Shown here: piece by piece, positions 1 to 13,050 of the stretch | How the letters are laid out: each line of letters starts with the position of its first letter | Numbering within the stretch: position 1 is the first letter of the stretch | Origin: Haplodiscus bocki | Taxonomy: Eukaryota | Assembly: GCA_965655095.1 (NCBI GenBank) | Contig: OZ296649.1 | Coordinates: forward strand, 84,196,001-84,246,987 | DNA length: 50,987 nt | Reading direction: 5' to 3' | Translations under genes and position numbers: made by a program | The notes under the pieces: generated by a model | The model's database searches: none | What the model was told of the DNA's origin: nothing | Seen by the model: the letters and a program-made list of their open reading frames with translations, nothing else

Positions 1-196
1 CGGTCCAACAATTCCAATGATTGTGATCCGGAAGATATCTCCCACAATCAGATTTTATTTTCATTTCGTTTTTTTTCACTTGGTTTAAAATTTAGACCGT
101 TGCTATTTGTCGAAATTTACAGGAAGTTATTTCGGCTTGAAGTTTTTGAAGTTGGAAAGATATGTCGATTAAAAACAATCGAACTTTTCTGTTCAG

Positions 197-405
197 GAGA
201 CTCTATAATTTGCTGGTCTCCCAACAACTTCAACTCTCAATGGGTTGCCTACAGCGATGCCTTCTGCTGGGTCTCAAACACGTTCTACGCTCCCCTGAAC
301 ACACACCACGACCCCACTTTGGACAGGTACGACGCGGCCGTCAAGAAGTACAAACACTTTGAACTGCAGTACTACCAGTGGGTGCCCCTCATTCTATTCC
401 TCCAA
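197..405 (+). CDS. inx: Innexin, first coding exon in the window (extracellular loop 1 and start of TM2); the N-terminal exon(s) lie upstream of the window
   Basis: Acceptor ttctgttcAG at 195-196 (phase 1) and donor CAA|GTAAGC at 406 (phase 0). Translates (G)DSIICWSPNNFNSQWVAYSDAFCWVSNTFY...YYQWVPLILFLQ, with both EL1 cysteines and the innexin YYQW(V)P signature. Confidence 0.96.
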
Positions 406-3400
406 GTAAGCACACACACCTGTCATGCATGCAGCTTAAATCTTCCAATTCAAATACGAAATTTTCAAACAGACCAATTCTCTCATTAACTAACAGGCTT
501 GTTTGTTTTATGCAGGGCATTTTACCACATGTATCGTGTATCCTCATGAATCGGTCTTTTTTTCCCCGTATACGCAACCAAATATTTAGTTATGAACAAC
601 ACTTTGAACGGTACAGAACATCAAAAAGTAGGTATTTTCAACTCAGTTTTGATAAGGAAACCGGGGCAGAAAGCCGGCAATTTTGAGAAAGGTTACAAAA
701 TAACGCATTTTCTAGTGGTTTTCAGTACTTGATTTAAAAAGAACCTCCCCCTCCCATTTTTAATGATCTGATAAGAACATGCAAAATTCAAGGCAGCGGA
801 CTGCTCATTCCAGGCCTTAAATGGTATTTTCACCAAAATTCATTTAAAAGCGGTGATTTTACGCCGTATATTTTCATCTGCTCTTCGTCACATATCTAAA
901 CAAAGATCCCGCATACGTTTTTTGCTCACAAATCAATATTTTTCTGCATGAATCTCATAATTCTGTGAACTAAGTAGTTCTTCTTTCCAGTGAAAAAGAT
1001 TTATTTTGTTTTATAGAATAATAGCGATTGCCCAATTATTAAAATTTCGACTTTTAATGAAGTCAAGTTTCTCAAATAGTCTCATTTCAGAATCACACCA
1101 GGTTTGTCCTCAGAATCTGTGCGAGTGTTAGTAATTCTTGTTCGAGTCTTGAATCCAAATATTTGGCTCTTGCAAACTGCCCCCACCAGAGTTTCTCTTT
1201 TCTTTTCCTATCAAAAACACAGTCTTGCCTATTTTCAAAACATTATGAATCCTATCTCCTCCTGGTCCAGACTGTAACAATATAAAACAATTAAGCGTCA
1301 AAAATGATGCGTTCACGAGAAATTTCTTCGGTATTGTAAACTCTTTGCAGATTTTTAACGAAATCTATTAGAAACAGCAAGCAATGTTTCTTTCTCTTCT
1401 TTTTGGTATCTGATGAATTAGTTGTCTCCACAATTTCGGCTGCATGGACTTACAGTTATTTTCGCTAAACATTTTCCCTGATTTTTTTTTCATTTCTGTG
1501 TTAATGCCATAATGGAGGATAAGAGCGGTCTTTAGTTTTAAAAAAAATGGTCAGAATGCTTTCAGACGTAATTACTTAAGCCTAACAAATTCTTGGCCCC
1601 AGGGCTCATGTAACTTAATTTGAGGGACATACTTCTTGGATATTTTTAATGGATTTGTCTCCGGGGCTATTAGAGAAAAAAAATTACCTTTTTACAATTT
1701 TCACGCACAGGTTTCAACATGAGAAAAAAAGTTGGAAGTCTCAAGAACTCTCTTAAAAAACAAAGAAGCAGGAATGGCAAAAATGGGCGCCTGATGAAAG
1801 AATTAACGTATTTGTATATTAACTTATCTGTGTTTTCTTTCAGTGCAATGGAGGATATCTCTTTATCAGAAAACACTTCGCTCCTTTCAATCTTCTTTCT
1901 CCGCAACCTATAGCGGCCTTCTACACATTACTTACCATCAGTTTCAATTTCGTCTAATTTCATGTTTCTGATCTGACAGCCATAGCTTCATCAAAGCAGG
2001 TGTTCTCCACATTTTTCTGTATTGATGTCTAATGATCGCAGGTGAAATATAGCATGAAAAAAAATGGTAAGTGAGATTTATAATCCAACACATCTTAGAT
2101 TCTGTTTAGAGATTGATGGCTGGTATACCATACGGAAGATCTTGATACTAATAGGGCTGCAAATAACTATAAACCTAGTATATTTTATTATCGACCGAAA
2201 CCTATACTCAGCTCCAAACCCACCATTTTTGCTCCTTTTAATACTTCTAGAGATTGTGGTCTGTCAAATCAAACAGTGGAAGGTTGGATAACGTTCACCG
2301 ATTTTTTAGATAGTTAATATACTATAAAATTTCACAACCTGCAATTGAAGATTTCTGTTACATCAAAATCATCTTTGTGTTTTAAAAAAATGCATTGTTA
2401 CCAGTTAGTGTACTGTTAACTGTTTCATTTCTAAATTTCATCAAATCTTTTATAGTGGGAGGATAACTGAAGTCTTATCGGGTCAATAATGGATGAAACT
2501 AGATGTTACTAATACTGATCTCGACTTTCACAACAGTTTCTCCAACTGTGTGGTCAGAGCTTTCCTCTGCTACAAATCCTATTTCAGCTTTCAAGTATTT
2601 GTTGTAGGGGAAAAGGATGAACAATTTATAGTGAATCATTTTCAGAAAAATTTTCCCATCGAAAAAATTTTCAATTTTGATATCCTCTTGCTTACATACT
2701 GACTTTGATGGAAGTTATTTTTTTTCAAGAGAAAGTCGGCGAAACAACTAAATCCAGGAGATTCTATAAGAAACTCGAAAAAATATTTTCTCTTCAAACA
2801 GATCGGTTTCGGGAGCATTTCATAGCGTTTGGTGAAATCAAGATTGTTTTATCATATGTGTTAGAGTTGTGCAAACTACAAGCGAAGTTGATTTTTAGAT
2901 AGTTTTGTTGTGAATTATGGAATCAACAAGCCATGCGGGTTTTTTTGCTGGCTTTGTTTCTCATTGAACCTGTCAATCCAAAGATCTTTGGTGACATTTA
3001 TTTTTTCAGTCTGCAAGCACAAGAAGTTTTTAAAACAATGTCATTGAAAGATAGGTTAAGAAATGGTGTTTAAAAACTGAAGTCAGTAAGATACACAAAG
3101 TTTGAAGTCAAAATTGTGTTGTTGATATTCTCGCCAAACTGTTGGTATAGTAACCTGTATCTCTACAGTTTATCTGATGGACCGCCAATTGAATCAAAAT
3201 GGCAGCTTGCCGAGACAGAGGCTTGATAGAATATCCAATGGATGCCGAAATATTAGTCAAAATTTTCTTTTCAGTTCGATGATTTCATGATCAAGCTTCT
3301 TTGTTATACACTAAAACTATGAAAAGTCCACTCTTTAGCATCTCAGCACTTTTTTTTTGCTGAAAATGTTCATGTGGTCACTAGAGATCAGTTGCTGAGG

Positions 3401-6400
3401 AAGTCTCTCGTGCCATTTAAGTAATTTCAAATCACTCTAACCCCAGTTTCTCCTACATGCTCTGATCATTTTCTTGTTCCTATGAAATTTCAATCTAATG
3501 CGAAATCTAGCAGTAGCAGGATCGCATCGGTATTCTTGAAACCTTTTTTTGGTAATGTGAAGTTTAAGTGGAATCATTATTCAGACACTTGAATAGCAGT
3601 AGGGACATTACATGTCTTTATCTTCTTTGCTTATTTTCAATGATCGCTGACGAATAATGTCTTTGAAGAAGACATCGTTTACGTCCCGTTGTTTATTGCT
3701 CCGCTTTTCTTTCTAGCTGATTCCCTCCTTTCCATCACCATCTTCTGATTTCGATCACCAACTTCTGCACTAAATTCCCTGACCTTCAAAATATCAAAAA
3801 TCTCTCTCTTCTATGTTCTGTTAGCACTGTCACTACTTAGAGCTAATGTTACAAGTGAATTAGTTTTTTTGGACAATTTCAAGAAATTATCTCTACTGCC
3901 GGCTTTGTAAGCAGTTGATATTTTCTAACGGTATCATTTTTCCAATTTTCAGTAATACATGTGTCGAACGGTAGCGTAAAATCTTTCAAAACGGTGTCTT
4001 TCAATTTTGATTGTCTTTCAAATTCTGGACAGTATGTAGGTACACACATATACCACATACCGACAGCACCAACTTCATCAGCAGTGATAGTTTTGTACCA
4101 AACATCTCGATAGTTGATTGTTTCGAAGCTTAGATGAAATCTTTATTCATGAGTTTGCTTTTTTGCTTACAGATTTCACTAAGACTGAATAGGTCTTCTA
4201 GTTGCCAGATACCCGTTGTCATTTCACTCTGTTTCTTGCAAGGAGTTGATATGATCGATTTTCATTTTTCTTTTCAGTTTAGTTTTAGCAATGGTTTAAT
4301 CTTCCCCGGAATTTTTCTCAAAAAATGTAAAATGGGTTGATCCTAGTGATGCTGTTGAAAGCGTCTTTATAGTTCTTTCTCTTCGAACAGTTTTGTTGAT
4401 TCTGACATCACGTCTTCCATTTATTTTGATAGCTGCTTCATAAAAAAATAAAGTGGATGAACTGTGTAAAATTCTGACATCTGTTTCATCGACAAAACTT
4501 TCTTCTTCATTTTCTCCAAAATCTCAGGCCAAGTAAGATACGACTTCTACATATAGTGGTAGTTTTTGTTTTAACCGAAGCTAAACTCACTTCGTTGATA
4601 TCTATGATTCAGTGGACCCGCACTCTTATGATATAAATGAAAAACGCCAACTTGTTTACGTGAAAAACAACACTAAAATTGTGATCATACAACCTAAAAA
4701 CTTCTGTACTAATTCTACAGACGTTTGTTTTGAAAGAGTGAACTTGCTTCGATCAGTTATAACGTTATACTTAGTGGTTTAGAAAGTGTTCAAAATAGAT
4801 AAGTTACTTTTAAACCTGGATCGTCGTAGAGTTTTGGTCAATTGTTGTAGATGTATTGGTACAATTGATTCTTTAAAGGAAAATTTTTGACCATTTTTGT
4901 TGACAAGTTTACCTTTTTGGTCTTCCAACTTGGGTGAAACATTGTTTATGATACACTCTCCTCCAAAATTAAAATGGTCTCCGGTTTCCATGGAATTGTT
5001 AAGTCACAATATAACCAGGTCCCACGTCCATTGCAAAAATATGACATGCTCTATTTCGTTTTCTTTTAGCAATCAACCCATCGGCAAAGTTCGTTTCATG
5101 AACTTTCTACGAAAAGTATTTCTTCTGCCAGATTAACTGCTTGGTTGTATGTACTTGTTTTGAAATTGAAATCAACGTCCAATGGGGGTCTGAAAGTATC
5201 TCAATGAGAAATGCCAAGAAAAACCAACATAAACTGTACGACTTCGGAGTATGATCCTAATGTGGAAAAATGTCGAAAATTAATTATCGTTTTGAGATTT
5301 TGAGATTATTACCAAATTGTGCGTGCCTCTAACACGTTATTTTTCCTGTTGGAAACCGTCATTACAGAGGTTTCGATTGGTAACTTAACACGTTTGAAGT
5401 CCATTCCTATTTTAGTACAAAGGATTTTATTTCATCAGGAAGCGTTTAAAAAACCATTGTAGCCAGCTAGAAAAGCGACAACTGCACTGAAATCTTTGAT
5501 CAACATGTGCAAAAGGTTCATTATTTTACAGTAGTTGATTGAAGGGCTTTCTTTTGTGTGTTCCTACATTTCAAGCAAAAAGTTTTCCTATGTTATAAAA
5601 AAAACTTCAAAAGGTTTTGCATACTCGTTTGATACCCATTAGTCATGCTTTGTTTTTAAAAATAGCTTTAATAAATGTCTTCGCAGTTGTTTGATTTCTT
5701 TTCAATTCACCTGTAATATCAATACCTTCGTGCAAATTACATTAATGATCTGCAGTCATCAATCCAAAGGGTACGTTCTAGCCTTTTCCATAATTCGTTT
5801 TGGTTGCCTGACAAGCAATAAACAAGTCTTCGACTCCCTGATAAAATCAATGATTCTTTATTTGTTTCTGAAGAGTTTCAACTAATGTCATATGTAATTC
5901 CACCTTCATGCAATTATATCCAACTAATCGTTTTCGAGCTGACTTCTTGAAGGTCATACAAATTTCGGCTCTAAAAACCTTTTGGTTTTGAAAATTTGCT
6001 TCACGTCAGTGAGAAGGTTGATAAAATTTAAGTTGGATAGAAAGATCCGTCAACAAGGAATTTTTCATTGCCGACCATCAGAATTTTTTCATCGCTGAAA
6101 AAAACTGTTTGCGACAAATGCAACTTGCTTTCTGCTTTTTCTAACAAATCTCGACAGATAAAAAACCTGTTATGTTCTTAATTCAACGTCTTTGGGAAGA
6201 CATTTGTTTGAAATGCTTTTTTAATTTCACAAAGTTTTCACAGTGAACATTGTTTTTGCCGAAAATGGAAGTTTCTCCACGACTGGAAAAGCTCCTTTGG
6301 TAGTACTAACAAGTCTTTACGGAAATTAAAAATTTATAATTTCTTAGCTCTGCCCCTTTTGATAAGAATTAATTTTTAACCTTTCGCCACAGTTTCAGTT

Positions 6401-6782
6401 ACATCATGGCGAACAAAAATTTGTTCTGCGAACTGGATAGTGATTAGGATACATATCGTCAAAGGTTTCCATTCTTCGAGATTCTGTTTCCGGCCTGGAA
6501 TGTTTACCATCGTGAATAGTATTAAACACATTTGAGTAGCTGGAACGACCACAGAAATTTGGATCTATTTGTCGATAACTTTTTTCCATGTTTAAGTTTG
6601 GACTGGACCTCTTCTCAAACCGAACAACATACGTATGTAGTTTTTTGTAATTAGCTAATGCATAAGGATTACATCTCAAGAACGCTTTCAGAAAATTTTT
6701 TTCCTCGCATCCCTGAAAAACATTTTTTTTTCGTTGGATATCTCTCAGTAGAAATTACCAACAAAAACTAACTGTGGATTCA

Positions 6783-7233
6783 TCTATACATATTATAAAT
6801 GCGAAAAATTTTTTGTGTGTGTGTGTGTATTATTAAACTCCTCTGCCATTTCTTGCCCGATTTGGCTCAAATTTTGAACAAAGCTATGAATAGCATAGGA
6901 GCAGCGAGTAAACCGGTACCGGGTGCCGATTTCATCCAACTTTTGATTTTACTGAGGAACTACTTTTATGCACTGCTACTCGAACGGCATATGATTGATA
7001 AATGCAGTTGTGAAGCGACACGCTATAAGTAAGCAGCCAATCAGATTGCGAGAAAGTGGTTGAACCGAAACGAAATCCAAACAGAAGCGATTTTTTGGAA
7101 TTCAACTTTCTATCCAGCTCGGGACTAAAATTCTTATCACGCAACTAATAAGATACTACTAATTAGCAAAATTTGTGGCCTTCAGTGATTTGTGGCCCTT
7201 CAGCGAAGCGAGCCACTTGGCCCAGAAAGCTAG
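6783..7233 (+). mobile_element. Non-autonomous Helitron (451 bp)
   Basis: Sits between host A (6782) and T (7234). The 5' end is TCTATACATATTATAAATGCGAAAA followed by (GT)n. A 3' hairpin GTGGC-C-CTTC-agc-GAAG-CGA-GCCAC lies ~15 bp before the terminal CTAG. No TSD. Confidence 0.88.
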
Positions 7234-7842
7234 TTCTTTATAAATGCCTCCTCTAAATCAATTGACAGTTAATGTGTTCACAAAATTTGGTGATTCTCAT
7301 TTTTTCAACCAAATATTTTACGTAGTTCTATGCAAAGCAAAACTGCATTAAATCAAATGCCTAAGCACACATCAACAAGAAAAATTCTAATTTTTTGATA
7401 TAAATCAAAGTGAAATGAGTCTGCTCCAAAAAATCCCAAGAAGACCCGAGTTTAAGAGTCGGATTTCCAAGGACACAGAGATGCGGAAAAATGGAAGTCG
7501 CCACAACAAAGAAAATCGAACAACAGGAACTGGAGAGGCAACAACTGACAATTGTGTTTCGATAACTGTGTTTTGAAAATCATGTTTAATGATAACGAGA
7601 GAAGTTTTGATTTCAAAAGTAATGTAATGAATAAAGTTTCACAGATCCAGCTGAGTTATTCTCCATACTCACTTATTCACAGTTTCGAGATCAAAAACTC
7701 GAAAACTTCGGTATATAAGAACTACTCAAAGCAAATGTTCAGAAAATGAGAGCTTAAATGGGAACTGGCACTAGAAAAACCTAATCTGGCGATTTCGATA
7801 AACACGTTGTTGTCAAAAGCCATCTGGCAAAGTAGTTATTTA

Positions 7843-9258
7843 TTATTTTTCGCAGTATATGTAAAATACAAGAAAAATTATTCATTCAGTAGGGTCGTTT
7901 TTCTTTTTTTTCAGTCCAAAACTGCCAACTCTTTTTATTCAAAAATAAATGACAGCAGTAGGGTTAGGACAACAGTGTTCTCAAGCAGTAGGTTTGGGGT
8001 TCGAGTCTCTGTAGTGCCAAATATTTTTACGATTTACCCTCAACATTTTTTGATACCCGAAATTAATGAAACACTAAAGGGTTCCTTTACGAAATTTTTC
8101 GGCACTGCGAGACCAAAAAATTTCGACGGAAAATTGTGATACCCCCTATTACCCAAAAAAGTTTTGGATACTCCAAATTTCCTGAAACCTTGAAGGCATG
8201 CTCACGAAGTTTTTCGGCACTGTGAGACCAAAAATTTTCGCCGGAAAAACGTGATACCCCCTATTATGCATAAAATTTTTCGATACCCTAAATTTTCTGA
8301 AACATTGAAGGGATGTCCACGAAGATGCTCGGCACTGTGAGACCAAAAATGTTCGACGGAAAAACGTGATAACTCCCCTTTCATCCATAAAACTTTTCGA
8401 AGCTAGAAACTTTGTCAAAAGCAGTAGGACTCCCTTACGAAATTTTTCGGCACTGTGAAACATAAAAAGTTCGACTGAAAGTCGTGATATGCCCCCTCTT
8501 ATCCATAAATTTTTTTTCGATACCAGAAATTTTATGGAAAAGAGAAGGGTTCCCTTACAAAGATTTTCGTTTCGTTCCTGGGAGACAAAAAAATTTCTTT
8601 AAAACCGTGATTTCCCCCCCCCCCTCCTATGCATGAAAATTTTCGGTAAAAGAACTTTTCTGAAACACCAAAGTGTTCTCCAATGAAATATTTTGGTACA
8701 GTCAGACAAAAACTTTTCGACGGAATATCGTGATATCCCCCCTCTTATCCATAAAATATTTTCCCTCCAGAAATTGTCTAAAACACAGACTGGTTCCCTG
8801 GCGAAGTTTTTTCGGTCCTGTGAGATGAAAATTTTTTTGACAAAACCGTGAAGCTTCCCCCCTCCTTTGCTTGAAACTTTCGGTAGCAGAAAATTCTTTC
8901 GAAACACAGAAGGGTTCTCCTACGAAGTTTATTGGCACTGTGAGACAAAAATTTTTCAGCGGAGTTTAGTGATATCCCCTTCTTATGCAGAAAATTTTGC
9001 GATACACGAAATTTTCTGAAAGACCGAAGTGTTCCCCAACGAAATTTTTTGGTACTGTGAGACAAAAAATTTTGAACGAAAAGTCGTGGTGCCCCCTCTT
9101 TTGCATAAAATATAGAAATCAGTGGTGGAATTGATGTTTGTAGAAAACTTTTGTAAACTAGATTTTAAACAGTAGTCTCGTTTTTAACTGTGGGCAAATT
9201 TGATCAAAATATTTGTATTCCTGCGAAAAATATGCCGGTGCTAGCCGACCGTCTTGTT
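7843..9258 (+). mobile_element. Helentron-associated non-autonomous element (HINE/DINE-1-like), family A, with an internal ~118-bp tandem array
   Basis: Perfect 12-bp subterminal inverted repeats TATTTTTCGCAG (7844-7855) and CTGCGAAAAATA (9221-9232), then stem-loop GCCGGtgctagCCGAC and a CTTGTT end. A homologous copy starts at ~50204. Confidence 0.85.
8040..9110 (+). repeat. Tandem satellite, about 9 diverged units of ~115-125 bp (core TTTTCGGCACTGTGAGACAAAAA)
   Basis: The core recurs at ~8101, 8216, 8331, 8449, 8575, 8695, 8814, 8933 and 9051. Confidence 0.93.
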
Positions 9259-10539
9259 ATACTTGAGGAACAAAAACGACAGATTGTGCCAACTGCTTTA
9301 GTTTTTTTGCTTGACAAATGGATCGTTTGATTTGACGACCAGAGAAAACAATGAAACAGAAACAACAACCGCTACTGAAGGAAAAAAGGATTTTTTGTTG
9401 TAACTTTTTTTCAATAGCACTTTCATTAAGATAATTGTTCTTTGAGTTTTGGGTTTAGATCTTGTCACAAGTGATTTTTTTGTTCAAATTACACAAAAAA
9501 AAACAAGAAAAAACTAAATCAAAAGGTGATAGATTTCCAACTGAGAAATGAGATAGTAAATGAAAACTAGTAATTCTAGAAAACGAAAATGAGTTTAATA
9601 GCAACTGTTGAAAAAAGGTAGGCTTCATTTACAAACATAACCGTAGTTTTTGCCGGCCTAATTTTTTCTAAATCTTTACCTTACGAAGAAGATGTGCCGA
9701 ATCTGCATTAGTTGGAGTAAAAATCACATCAGCAAAAGCTTCAGGTAGTCACTCCAGGCAATGGAACCAAAGTTCGTAGAAGGATTTTAAAGAATCGGAG
9801 ATTTGAAACCTAGTGACAAAACCATCGAAGTGGGAACGAGGAAAAGGAAAATTGAACGATTTCAATCAATTGAACACTGGCATTTTGAGAGATGGTTTCG
9901 TCGAAATTAGATGGTATGAAGTACCCATAAGAAAGTATCACGACTAAACGAGTTTTAATTTTGTGTATCACATAAAAAAGACTAGCGTCAGCATTAAGAT
10001 AATTTCCGAGGTTTCAACGATGTCAGTCGTAGATAAAAGCTTACCTGTAGAAAGTTTTTTTTACGACAGGGTAAGACTAAAGACAATCATAAATCGAAAC
10101 GTTTGATTCAATTTTAGTTCCATACCAATAATTGTTGCATTTTTCGGAAAATACATGAAGTTTAGGGTATCATGTGTTGTTGGTGACAACGTTTGGTTTT
10201 TTCGCTCTACAATCACTGAATGAGAAAAAAATTGAATCCGAATCATTCGTTAGAAAAGTATGAAACGGGCCGAAAGCAGCTGGCAAAAATCACAAAAAAC
10301 CCTTATTAAACCTTCTAACACCAAACTCTTCGTTACAGTAACACCTTAGGTTACCAGAGGCAACTGGCAAAGTCAACTTTGAGGATCTTTTCCCTCTTTT
10401 TTTTTACTGGATGTTTTACAGCAGAAGGGTGTATTTTTATCTTTGATACTCCAATCCATGGATCTGATTTGTTTTCAAACGCTGGAAGATGTATTTTTTT
10501 AAAAAGCAAAAAATCCTTGCAGAAGAATAAACTCTATTT

Positions 10540-11300
10540 CCACAACGTTTCCAGATCGATGATTTTACTCCCAAAATTAGAATAGATAAGTGGTTCACTA
10601 AATTAAGAGGTATATATCGATAGTTTAAGTAAACCAGAAGTTTCAAGTTCGTCTTCGAATGCATTGATGCTTTCTCCAAGTCTGCATGGCCTATTCCTTT
10701 TAAAAAAAAACCGGCCACATCTGTTTTGAGGCTTCTCGGCCAAGCCTGGTTGAGAAACGGAAAGAAAGAAGACTTTGGACTTACAAATGCAAAAACTTGT
10801 GTACCAATCGCTTTTTACCATTTCCTGAGAAGCAGAACCAAGAAATCTATTAATCTTTTATTGAACTGAAAGCTGTTTCCTCTTAGAGACCTAGACAGTA
10901 CATGGGAGTTTTCTTAAAATCACCCCTTTTCGTCGAAAGGAAGGTTATTAGAATGAATAATTTTGGAGCTTCGTTTTCAAAGTTAATTACAAGAAAACCT
11001 GTAAGTACTAAACTCTCCCTAGTAAAAGAAGAGCCGAAATTGAAGACTTTTAAACTTTGAAATGTCTCCCAAGAATTCGAGAATTTTATCTTGATAGAGG
11101 ATACCCAAATAGAGTAATGGCGCTTCAGTTAGATTACCTGAAAGAGGAAAAAAGTTCAGATGGAAATACAGGTACCTGGGGAGTTGCATTTCTCAAAACA
11201 AACACTAGAGACATTGAGCGGAGAGGAAGCGGTGGAAAATAAACCCAGTACGGTGGAGAAGAAGTAATTGTACAACAGTTGAAAAAAGACTATTTGAACA
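10540..11300 (+). mobile_element. Decayed Polinton/Maverick-type retroviral-like integrase
   Basis: 10561-10740 reads ...RIDKWFTKLRGIYR*FK*TRSFKFVFECIDAFSKSAWPIPFKKK (cf. IDE.WQADL.DM....N.GYKY.LT.IDVFSKYAWA.PLK.K). Then RRLWTYKCK (cf. LWTDKG.EF) and LDRGYPN (cf. F.KGY.PNW). Stops and frameshifts throughout. Confidence 0.65.
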
Positions 11301-11359
11301 CTCAGGAGCAAATAATATCTAAAAAAAATTAGTAGACGTTTTTAGTTTATCTATAAGTT

Positions 11360-11735
11360 TCCCAAAAAATTCTGCAGGGTTGGTAAAACTGCATTCTACG
11401 TGTCCAAGGAAACGTTTTGAGGAAAAGTATTTTTGAAAGAATTACACTTTTGTAAATATTGCTTTTGACTTTGAGCTAAAATTTTCGATTTATTGGCAAA
11501 AATGGCAGAAAACATTCGGCAAGTTTGTCAGAACTGCATTCTGCCTGTGCAGACGAACAGTTTACGGTTTTCTCAAATTTTCCCGAAACTTGAACAAATT
11601 TTGGCTAATATCGTTTCTAACGTGAATGCAATTGGCCGAAGTTGGGTTAAGAAAACGTTCGATATGAGAAGATGATTTTGATTTCATATTTTATGAAAAT
11701 GATGAAAAAAAGTTATCATATCATAAAAATATTGA
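11360..11735 (-). mobile_element. Partial HINE-like family B copy
   Basis: GCAGGGTTGGTAAAACTGCATTCTACGTGTCC and CGTGAATGCAATTGG...GGTTAAGAAAAC...GATTTT are shared with 37261 and 38365-38420. Confidence 0.6.
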
Positions 11736-12249
11736 ACTCTACTTAATAGGGTAACTTTTCTGAGGATATTGAGCACGTTTCTACGGATCATATGAACCAA
11801 ACTGGTAAAAAAACACGGAGAACAAACAAAAAAAGGACTGAACCGGAACATAGGAAATTATATATTAAAGTGCGAACATCGTTATAACAGGAGACGGATG
11901 TAACAGTTTTCTTCCACAGAATTGTATTAATGACAAAAATGTCAGGAACACACAACTAAAAATGCGGTAACGAAAAATTCTGGTTGGAGCACTCCTGTTT
12001 TTGCTAAGCTGCGTATTATGTTGGTAGTTTAAAAGGATCCAGTAGTCCACTTAGCTTCCACAGATTCTAACAGTAATTACCCAATGAATTCATTCCGTTC
12101 TCATGATTTTTCATGTTTTTCATATTACATGATAAGTTGTTCACATGTGAAACATGATGCATGTATGGTATTTAACTAGGAAATAAATGAATTCAAAAAA
12201 ACCAATACTTGAAAAGTTACATCGGATTCAAACAAAATTTCAAAAACTG

Positions 12250-13050
12250 ACTAAAACCTTTTCCATCAAAGTCCCACAGTCTTTCTTATTACTGTGGAGA
12301 GAATATTCGGACGTTGATTTAATAAGAAATGTTTGTCACAACGATTTCCATTTGAAAGATGCTAAAATTGTTGGTCTTTTTTTCTAAGACAACAGTTCTT
12401 AATCATATAAAACTACTTACGTTAAAAAGGATCTGAAGAAGTTAGGTATGATTGTAAGCTGTGCTTGTCGCCTTTCTTTTGTACAGTCAAACTTTCAAAA
12501 ATTATCAAAACTTTGCAACACCAGTCGCCAAAAACGTTTCATAAAAAATCACATCTATCTGGTATGAAAGTTTTCATGAAATTTTTTTAACGAATAAATA
12601 CTGACTTTCTGTGGTTCATTTCAATTAATTGTATCCAGTTAGGAAATTTAACAAAAACAATTTTTCTACAGAGACCCAGTTGTGATGAAATCTGCTTTTT
12701 TCATGTTTTACATTGAAATAATGTTGAGAATTTTAAGGAACCTTTCAGAGGTGGAGTTTTTTCAGACTTTGAAGAAGGCGAAATGATTGCTTAGTGGACT
12801 TCGTTTCTGATAGGTTGAATAAAGTGAACTTCAGCTTTAAGACACAAGAAAAGAATTGGATGAAGCTACTGAGTTTATGAGGTGCCAGAATTGCTGGTTT
12901 GACATTTAGTAGAAAGCAATCCACTTAAACAACCTTCTCAGTTGACATGAAACTACAAAGGTGTGGCCGCTTCTGATGCAATTGAAAAATATGAGATTTT
13001 TGCCAAGTTTCTGGCTTTAATGTTTCTCAGTCTAAATGGATGTGATTGTC
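12250..13050 (+). mobile_element. Decayed CR1/L2-like LINE ORF2 fragment
   Basis: PSQLT*NYKGVAASDAIEKYEIFAKFLALMF (~12934-13026) resembles the 'A....EKA.LFN.YF.SVF' linker between endonuclease and RT. Boundaries are uncertain. Confidence 0.4.

Noticed and set aside
7951-8015. Functional tRNA-Leu(CAA) gene
   Set aside because: No convincing D-arm or anticodon stem, and it is embedded in a dispersed element. Kept only as tRNA-like.
8040-9110. CRISPR-like regularly spaced repeat cores
   Set aside because: The sequences between cores are homologous to each other rather than unique spacers, the context is a eukaryotic intron, and there are no cas genes. It is a satellite.
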